From assembly GCF_009914755.1 (NCBI RefSeq), contig NC_060928.1: DNA of 64,000 bases. One strand, written 5' to 3'. This document shows positions 54,522 to 64,000 of the stretch, piece after piece. Origin of the DNA: the human T2T-CHM13v2.0 reference genome, Homo sapiens. Position 1 is the stretch's first letter. Every line of letters starts with the position of its first letter. The translations under genes were made by a program, and so were the position numbers. The notes under the pieces were generated by a model, which had not been told where the DNA came from, did no database searches, and saw nothing but the letters and a program-made list of their open reading frames with translations.

Positions 54522-55297
54522 GTATCTAATAATTATTTGTTATATAAATTAATAAACATAAGATGGGAAAGAAAAACAGAACCAATTTGTTGAAAGGCAA
54601 GTACCCACACACTAATTACTTCTGGATACAGGATTCATCTAGTGAGTTAGCCAGCTGGGAATGGTAGCTATCAAATTCATTCAGTAGTTATATGAAAAAA
54701 TGCTCACAAATATGTGATTTTAGTGTTTATTAACTAATCTGTTTGCTATTCTTACGAAGTCTAGAGTTAAATACATTACTTGGAGATACCTGCCTGGGCA
54801 GACGTAATAGATGTTTGATGTAATCATCTTGGTGCCCAAATTCAGCAGGCCAGGTAAATCAGCTCCATTACAAAATGTGGGTGAAAGAGAGCCTCTCTCT
54901 TCCGCATCCTTCCTTCTGCAATGTTAGACGTTATGAGCTGTTTTACAACTCATAATATTGAGTAATGGTTTACAGACCCATCTATACCCATACACACAAA
55001 TACATAACATAAATGTGGGAATGTAATATATTCTCTCTTTTTTGATATAACGATGTGTGCTATTTTGGGTCACCCAATTATTAAACACTAATTTGAGGGT
55101 GTTTAATAATTCTACTTTGCCAAATTCATTGAAATGTGTCCAACATGAGCATCTGGGTGCGTTTCTTAAAGGAAACAATACTTTAAGCTTATAAATAGTA
55201 TTCTATCAGAAATCTCACTTTCTGAAACTGTTTGTGATAAAACTATATTCTTGAAGTTTTCCAGTATATTCTTAAAGATTTTTGTTGTGAACATATC

Positions 55298-55595
55298 TTT
55301 TTTTTTTTTTTTTTTGAGATGGAGTCTCACTCTGTTACCCAGACTGATGCAGTGGTGTGATCTCTGCTCACTGCAACCTCTGCATCCCAGGCTCAAGCGA
55401 TTCTCCTGCCTCAGCCTCTTGAGCAGCTGGGACTACAGGTGCACACCACCACACCCAGCTAATTTTTGTATTTTCAGTAGAGATGGGGTTTCCCTATGTT
55501 GGCCAGGTTTATCTCGAACTCCCGACCACAGGTGATCCACCCGCCTCGGCCTCCCAGAGTGCTGGAATTACAGGCGTGAGCCACTGTGCCCAGCC
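55298..55595 (-). mobile_element. AluS (Sx/Sz-like)
   Basis: Full dimer; TSD tgaacat(a/c)tctt. Confidence 0.95.
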
Positions 55596-56489
55596 TTGAA
55601 CATCTCTTGAATCCTGCATGAAAGATGTAGAATCACTCTTAATCTTTCTGCCATTCATATCCATATTTTATACATGAAGGAGGGCAAGTGTGAAAATAAT
55701 AATTTATTTTTAAAAATTAAGTTACAAGCGGTAAATATTACTCTAGGATCTCAAAATTTGTCAGATGGCTTCAAAGAGAAAAATAACGTATCATCATTGG
55801 CAAACTCCCAGGCAGAAGCTAACATATCACCTGCAATTAAATGTAATGGATTACATGTTTTTTGTGACTGGATGTGACAGATAGTTCCCACGGCATATCA
55901 ACCCAAAACTATTCAAATGCTCTGTGCAATGCAACTTGCCTTTCTGAATTTAGAGCAACAATTTTCCTCAAACAAGAGGGATAAAAGGCTTTCTGATTCT
56001 CCCTAGGAATTCCTGAAAAAGAACTGCATCATCCCAGAGGTGAAAGGGATATGGTTGTTCATGTAGCTCCATTTTCTGCTTACATGGGACTTCCCTCTAC
56101 ACTATCCCTAACAAGCTATCAAGAGACTTTGCTTGCATACTTCCTACAACAATGCGCTTGTTTTCTTGGCAGGATCTCATTGGTCCTATTCTGCACTCTA
56201 GAACTGCACTAAGTTGCTGACTTGTGCACAAATTAAAAAGCAAATATTTGAATTCCACTTTCAGAACATCTTATATCTTATTTTCTTCTGAATAAAAAAA
56301 ATCCCCAAAAAGTCCTCAAATAACTTTTTAATGCCTCTTTAATCTCAATAAAGAAACATTTATTATGCAGCCATTTAAAAATTAGAATAAGAAAAATCAA
56401 AACTATTTCTTTCCTTGAAACTATGCTTTCTCCAGCTATTGTCTTAGTTCTCTTCTTAAATAACATCATGTTTCTGGAAATGTGTATTA

Positions 56490-57685
56490 TATGTTTATTT
56501 CTACTGCCCCACTTTCCATTAACTCTGGAGATGATTGGGCTCTCATCCCTGCAACACCAATGAAACTACTATTGTCAGTTGTATCGCGCCACATTTCTGA
56601 AACATCTAAACACTCCTGATCACACTTTCCTTTTTAAAACTCCTTTTCTCCTGTTTCCTTGGACTCATTCTTTACTGATTCTCAGCCATCTCTCTGGTCA
56701 ACCCATTATAATCCTCTTGCACTTATCTTGCTTGTTCACTCCTTGATACTTATCCAAGTTTTTCTCCTCCATTTTCCTCTCAGGTCTAAGGGGACAAAAA
56801 GACTTCACGATGTCTGTGAACCCCCTTAAATTGTCTTCAAAATTTTGTATGTAAATGTGCATATTCGTAGGACTAAGAATATTTACTGAATACTCAAAGT
56901 CTTCTTGAACTATGAAATGAAGCTCTACATTGCTCCTAGGATAATCTCATCCAGTCCTATGATATCAGCTACCTTCTGAACACCATCACAAGGCAGCTCT
57001 ACTGATGCCTCTCAAGTGCCTCAAATACAACACAAAAGCAAATCAGTATTTTATCACCACCATTAAATTTGTCTCTCATACAGTATCTGCTGTCTGCTGT
57101 CTTTGTGAATTCCACCACTACTCATCTAGTTTTCCAAATATCAACCAAGGACTAATCCGTATCTCCCACTCTTACTGTCCATATCTGAGCGGATGAAGTC
57201 TTCTCAATTTGACCCCTTTAATATCTTCGGAATTCATCCTCTTTTCATCCTTACAACTGCCTTATTTCAAGATGACATCATTTCTCCAGTCAATTAGTTT
57301 AACAGATTTCTAATTGGTCTCACTGTCTCAAAAATTGTTCCTCTCCAATCTATTCTTTAAATTTCTGCTACATGTTTTATGCCAAAGTCAAAATCTGATC
57401 CAGACACTTAACTATTTAAAGCCCAATTCAGATCCAGACACTTAACTATTCCCTTTATAGTTTCCAAAGATTTTGAGGGTAAAATCCATACCTTTTAGGA
57501 TAATATGCAATGCCCTTCATTGCTTCTGCCTGAGTGTTCAGCTCATCTCTTGCCACTCTCATATTCCTGCCTTTTGTATGCCTCCATCTGCTGTCCTTAC
57601 TCCCAGTACTCCCTATGGCTCTCCTCATCCCCACTCACATAGCTAACTCCTACATATTCTTCAAAACTCAGCTCAGATATCACAT
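56490..57685 (+). mobile_element. L2 fragments
   Basis: Pyrimidine-rich L2 motifs such as ctaactcctacatattcttcaaaactcagctcagatatcac. Confidence 0.6.
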
Positions 57686-57689
57686 TGTC

Positions 57690-59110
57690 CATTCCTTTAT
57701 TCATTCATTTAATAAATATTTGTTAGGTGCAATCTCTTTGCTAGACATCATGCAGGTCCTGAAGACATAGAATGAGTAACACAGACATGATCTCTGCCCT
57801 CCTCGAATTTACCTTCTAGCTGGAAAAGCATTGATATCAATAACATTAAACCAATAACTACATAAGCGTTTTATTAAAACTACAATAAGTTATTTTAGGA
57901 GTAAACATAAGGCGTATTGAGAATATGAATACGGTCCTGATCTAGATTATGATACAAGGAAGGCTTTCCTGTGGAAATTTTATTTAAGCTGAGACTTGAA
58001 AGATTTATGGATATTTCTGGGTGAAGGAGAGAAGGGATTCAAGGTAAAGGGAAGAACATGTGCACTGCACAGAGGTCTTGAGGCAAAAACACTCATGTCC
58101 TATTGGAGAACCTAAAAGAGGGCGAGTGTAGCTGTTGTTCAAAGTAAAAGATATAGCATGATGCCAGTTGAGCCCAGAGACATAGGAAAGGGTCAGGTTA
58201 TACTGAGATATTAGAATATTGCCAATGATTTAAGTCTTATACTAAGAACATCAAGTAGCCCCCAACAGGCTTTAAATGAGCAAGCAACATGATTTGATAT
58301 GATTTTGTATCACTGTGACTTTTGTTCACAGAGTGGATGGGCTGAGTAGGAGATGAGATGCAGTGAGAGCTTTCAGGAAATTTGTGCGATACAGATGGTC
58401 CCTGACTCATGATGGTTCAACTTACTATTTTTCAACTTTACGATAGTGTGAAAGTGATACACGTTCAGTAGAAACCATACTTCAACTATCCATACAACCA
58501 TTCTGTTTTTCACTTTCAGTACAGTATTTGATAAGTTGCATGAGATATTCAACACTTTATTATAAAGTAGGGTTTGTGTTAAATGATTTTGCCCAACTGT
58601 GGGCTGGGCAATTTAAGGTAGGCTAGGCTAAGCTATGATATTTGGCAGGTTAAGTGTATTAAATGCATTTTCAACTCATGATATTTTCAACTTACAATGG
58701 GTTTATCAGGATGTAACATCATTGCACATCAAAGAGCATCTGTAGTTCAGGCAAGGTGTAATGGAGGGCTTATTGATGTTGCAGTTAAAAAGCAAAAAAG
58801 TACAAATGTCATTTGGAAGGTAAAGCTAACAGGACTTGATGAACGACTTATATGGCCATTAAAAGGAAAGAATATTAAGAGTGACACCTATGTTTCCAGC
58901 TTGTACAAACCAATAGACAATTACGGTATTTATTCATATAAGGAAGACTGTAAGAGGAGCAAGTTTCAGGGACAGACATGAAAGCAGTTTCCAATATGTT
59001 AAGCTCAGATATGATATTAAGTTAGCAAACCTGGAGGGCAAAAATGGTAATGTCAAAGTTAAAGACATTCAATTAGGAGTCATCATATGGGTGGTAATTA
59101 AATTCATAGG
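57690..59110 (-). mobile_element. L2 from its 3' end, split by MER47A
   Basis: ttcattcatttaataaatatttgt...acagacatgatctctgccctc...gaaggctttcctgtggaa. Confidence 0.8.
58392..58742. mobile_element. MER47A-like Tigger MITE
   Basis: ta|cagatgg...gcatctg|ta, TIRs with TA TSD; aaggtaggctaggctaagctatgat. Confidence 0.88.
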
Positions 59111-59149
59111 TGCAATATTTTTATTATTATAAAATAAATAACAATAAAA

Positions 59150-59395
59150 TGAGTAACAATAGCTAATACTTATCAAGATTTTACTACATGCTTATCACTT
59201 ACTTAATGTTTAGCAGTTATTAATTCATTAGATTCTCACAAAACCTTATATGATGGGTGTGACTCTTATCCCCATTGTACAAATGAGAAATAGGAAGATC
59301 AGAAAGATTGAGTGAATTGACTCAAGTCAACTCATATAGAGAATTAAGTGACAGAATGTAAATGTTGCTCCAAAGACCAAACTCATAAACACTAA
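59150..59395 (-). mobile_element. MIR
   Basis: aacaatagctaatacttat...ttatccccattgtacaaatgagaaa. Confidence 0.75.
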
Positions 59396-59991
59396 GCTAA
59401 TTATGACATATGAAAGACACTCAAGAAGTATTTTCTGAATGGCTGAATGAAGTAACGTTGCTTTCAAATCACTCACCATCCTGGTTTACACGCCCTCACA
59501 ATCATGTAGTAGTCTCCAATCATGGTATTTGTGATCACATTAAGCCGCTAAGTTTTTTCCATGTGAATTATTGCCAAACTTTGTCTCACCCTCCTGTACT
59601 TATCTAATTATAAATTTAACCTCTAAGAACAAGTTTTTAATGAGAACTGTTAAATTTTCTTGCCTTGCTTTTGCCTGCTACCAAATTATCAAGTTCACTT
59701 TGATTCCACATTAAAGGGGACCCAATCCATGCACCCTTTTTACTCTTTCCTGGTTCTGATTCAACCACCATGGAATTAGAATTAAAAATTCACACAATGG
59801 GAAATTTAAATAGCACTTTTATTTCTGATAATACATTGCAGATGTGGCTTACTTATAAAACAACATTATTAGGATATACATTCTGATAATGAACCCCAGA
59901 ATGACACAGACTTATCTGACCCATCATAGGCAGCATTAGACAATGAGTAGCCTCCCTGCAAAGAAGTCTGCCCCTTTAAAACTTACAGCGT

Positions 59992-60387
59992 ATACTCCGT
60001 GGAATACTATGCACTCATAAAAAGGAAGGAGATCATATCCTTTGCAGGGACATGGATGGAGCTGGAAGCCATTATCCTCAGCAAACTAACACAGGAACAG
60101 AAAATCAAACACTGCATGTTCTCACTTGTAAGTGGGAGCTGAACAGTGAGAACACATGGACACAGGGAGGGGAACAACACATGCTGGGACCTGTTGGAGG
60201 GGCAGGGGGATGGGGAGCATCAGGATAAATAGCTAATGTATGCTGGGCTTAATACCTAGGTGAGGGGTTGATAGGCGCAGCAAACCACCATGACACACAT
60301 TTACTTACATAACAAACCTGCACATCCTGCACATGTATCCTAGAATGTAAGATAAAATAAAATTAAATTTTAAAGAAAATAAAACAC
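59992..60387 (+). mobile_element. 5'-truncated L1PA (about PA10-13) 3' end
   Basis: ggagctggaagccattatcctcagcaaactaacacaggaacag...aacctgcacatcctgcacatgtatcc; TSD cttacagc(g/a)t. Confidence 0.92.
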
Positions 60388-62992
60388 CTTACAGCATGGA
60401 GAAGGAGAGTTGAATGCATCCCTCTTACAGGCATCTGAGTTCCTAAAGGAAGAGGGAAGATCGAGTGACACCATTCCTACCTAGGTCCTGTCCCAAACTT
60501 AACAATCAGGAGTCTTGCTCCAGCTTCACAGAAACAAGTAAGTAGTTTAGGAAAAAAAAAAAAAAAAAACACTAGAGTGTTACAAAAAATTGATGTCACT
60601 CTTGATAGAAGATGTGAAAATGTAAAAATGAATTATATTAATCCACAAATGGATAAACGATAATTGCTCATTGCTCTCACAGGATTGCTGTGATAATTAA
60701 ATGACAGGATGAAAGTAAAACATATTTGAGAAAGATAGGTGAGTTTGAGTCCCACCTCTGCAAGCAACTGACAGTGCAAACCCAGGCAAGTTGCTTAACT
60801 TCTCAACTTACTCATCTATCAAATAATATTCAGCTCAGAGTGTTTATAAAGTTTATCAAATTAGCATGTGTGACATTTGATATACAATGCTTGCAATATA
60901 GGAAGCCTGGAAGAGTCGTAGGGGTAGTAATGGCAGTAGTAGTTATTATTACTATAAAGAAAAAGTATTCACAATATCAAAGTACAGCTTTGAAAGAGCT
61001 TAAAAACACTAGTGAAGGCATCTTACTCCTCTGTAACTTGCTATTTACACTCAATACATAAAAATAAAGGTCTACCTCATCCTTCAATATTCCAATTGAA
61101 TTCTGATATTATAATTTAATTATAAATTCCCTACTGAGCCTCATTTAAGTGGGTATAAACAAAGGTATTATGAACAAACATATACACGCATCTTTGCTCA
61201 CCTTTCCAGTTATTTCTTCTTGATAAATGTCTTGAAGAAACATCTATTATTAAAGAGGTATTAGGATCACTCTTGTAAGTCTTGCATTTTTGATAACTCC
61301 TATTAGTAGACATACATACTAAAAATATCTTATATTTTTTCAAGGCCCAACCTGGTCTCTGTCCTTTCACGAAGCCTTCTCTGATTATAAAGGAAGCAGT
61401 GTAGCTTTTGTTTATATACTCATTTATTGTTCTGTGTCTCATATATCAACAAGTTTAACTTTCAAATGATTTTGCAAACTCCTCAAAATTATAAATATAA
61501 ATTCATACATATTTTTCCTTGTTACAACCCAGGCAGATTAAGTACATTAGTTCAACATTAGGCCCAATTGGAAAGCAAACGAATTAAGTCTAAAATCACC
61601 TTCCCAAACTGGCACTGCTTGCTTCTCTGCCCTTTTATCTTGCTTATTAGTACATTCCTTGGCAAAGAAAAAGTGAAGTTTTAAAATCTTAAGACAAGGG
61701 GCTATTTTAAAGGTTAACTAATCAATAATGCTAAAGTGCATTTTCTACAAGTCTATTTTCTCTGTGGGAATGATATGTATATAGGCCCACGTGGATTTAG
61801 AGAGAATCAGATCACCCATGGAACTTTGCAGGGGGCTGCTAGTAGACTTGAAGCCATGTAAATATGCTTACTGCAGACTTGAGGGACTATGATGACAGTA
61901 CTTCCACACTGTCAGAGGTATGCATTTAATTCAGTTAGCACTCCTCTGAATACATGTAATATTCTTCCACATGGGCAATTTTAAACATTGTATAGGCACA
62001 AAGGTTCTCAAATTTTACTAAAATTTCATATTCTATGAATCATGCTCCAAATTTACACTGTGCTCCCAAGTTTGCTATAGAATTGCAATTAATTTACTTG
62101 TGGAATCAGCTATACAGATTAAAACATTATGTCTTAAAGTTCTAAGCATAAAATTTAAAAATAATCTTACTTAAAATAATGCCAAGACACAAGAGAAATC
62201 AATAAAATTCAATTATTGTGCCTAAGCCACATTATTCAATATTTTAAGCAAAAGTCCTTTATTTGTACTAAAAATGAAGGAATCTCAATTATATAAGATT
62301 TCATGGTACCTATATTTCTGAGGAAGAAGATCACGAGATGCTTTTATTTTTGCCTATAGTATAGTTTAAATATGGTTTGTGGGCTTGTAAGTGGTACAAG
62401 TACGATAGCTGATTGCTTCTATATCCGGGAGGTGGTGTATTTAAAGTTGGTCTTTCTGTGGAGACAACTGCTGATAAGCAAAGCTGTTTCCTTGGAAACA
62501 TCTAAGCACCATCTGATGGCTTGCTGAACATCTAAAATTCACGATTAATCTTTGGTAGCCTGTACCTAGACAAGCTGACTTATGACGAGAGAGATGTAAG
62601 CTGGGTTGAGGAGCCTAATCTGAATATTCATTGGACAGAAAATTGCTCACTGTCAGTCTTCTTCTAAGACTATTCTGGCTCATTTTATTATCTTGGAACT
62701 CATTCAGTGACTAAAATATTATATTTAAAATTCAATATAGAGCTAAACGTTAATTTAGGATATGGTAAGATGTTATCTGGTTTATTCTTTTTAAAATATG
62801 AATTTCTAGAATATCTATTGAGGATCTAGTCTCTCTTAAATGTGGAAGCCAGTTGGAGTCCAATCAGAGTAGACCTTGGGCCTCATTGAAATGGACAACA
62901 TTTGCCACAATCACTCATCTAGCCTGAGGAAAAAAAGAACTGAGAAATTTTGGGGGTCACTACAAGAATCATAGCTTACCCTAAAGTAAGTA

Positions 62993-63369
62993 CAGCAGTC
63001 CTCACTTACCCATGGGAGATGCGTTCCAAAATGCTCAGTAGTTGCCCAAACCACTGATAGTACTGAAATCAATATATATTATATTTTTTGCATATATATC
63101 TGTACCTATGATAAAGATTAATTTATAAATTAGGCATAGAAAGAGATTAATAACAGTAACTATAATAAAACAGAACAGCTATAATATACTATAATAAAAG
63201 TTATGTGAATGTGGTCTCTATCTATCTATCATCTATCTATCTATGTATCTATCTGTCTATCTATCTAAAAATATCTTGTTGCACTGTCCTCACTTATTTT
63301 CAGACCATGGTTGACATCAGGTAACTAAAAGCCATGGAAAGTGAAACTGCAGATAAGGGGGGACTACTA
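62993..63369. mobile_element. MER44A-like Tigger MITE containing a (TCTA)n STR at about 63217-63266
   Basis: ta|cagcagtcctcacttacc...gataaggggggactacta|ta. Confidence 0.88.
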
Positions 63370-63566
63370 TATTATGAATCAATGTAGTGCTGTTGTAAGT
63401 GAGCAAACAAAAATATATTCCAAAACATGCTTATATGTTCATCTGAGCTTTATAAAACATTGCCCATCTGTGTCACCAACATTGCAAAACATGCGAAGAA
63501 GACAAAATTTAACAACGAGTTGGGCAACAGAGAGATTACAAGGCTGGATGATGACCTCACAGTCTA

Positions 63567-63760
63567 GCCAAATGGTCCTCAGGGTATTGTGCCTAGACCA
63601 AAAGCAGCAGCAGTATTACCTGGCTACTTGTTAGAAATGCAAAATTTCAGGCCCCATTTAAGAACTACTAAATCATAAACTGTGGTGTAGTGCCCAGACA
63701 TTTGTGTTCTAACAAGCGCTCCAGGGACATCTGATACAGTCCCAGTTCTGAGAACCACTA
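63567..63760. mobile_element. MER5A
   Basis: cagcagtattacctggctacttgttagaaatgcaaaatttcaggcccca...tgagaaccacta. Confidence 0.85.
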
Positions 63761-63789
63761 CTTCAGCATATAAATTGTGGGGTGATAAC

Positions 63790-63970
63790 ACTTGAAGATA
63801 GTCTGCACTGGTTGCTTGGATGGCTACCTACAGATTGTTAGACATGAAGGTGCCAGAGTTGTATTGGCAGAATATTGAAGAAGGAGTCAGTGAGTTCAGA
63901 GCAGTGGGCAAACAAGAACGTATTATTATGTAAGACCAGAGAACTTATCAGCTGTATGATCCTGAGGGAG
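63790..63970 (+). mobile_element. ERVL-type internal (gag-like) fragment
   Basis: Degenerate LLGWL...VPELYWQNIEEGV...YYVRPEN resembles ERVL gag. Confidence 0.55.
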
Positions 63971-64000
63971 AAGTAAAAAAAAAAAAAAAAAAAAAAAAGT

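Overview
AT-rich primate (catarrhine, human-like) genomic DNA, intergenic or deep intronic. No protein-coding exon, RNA gene, CRISPR array or prokaryotic system is supported. The listed ORFs are chance ORFs or read-throughs of Alu, L1 and LTR relics. Most of the window is transposable-element debris: 9 Alus (S and Y types); a TSD-bounded, internally deleted 9.4-kb L1MA2-like copy holding a complete THE1D provirus; other L1, L2 and MIR fragments; many solo LTRs, including a three-layer nest; an ERVL integrase/dUTPase relic; and hAT and Tigger MITEs. The least explained signals are two back-to-back stem-loops at about 53.7-53.9 kb, several local tandem duplications (one with crossed inverted repeats, one duplicating a splice-acceptor-like motif) and two motif-dense unique segments. 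I found no convincing novel biological system. Repeat subfamily names come from recalled consensus sequences and need RepeatMasker/Dfam confirmation.
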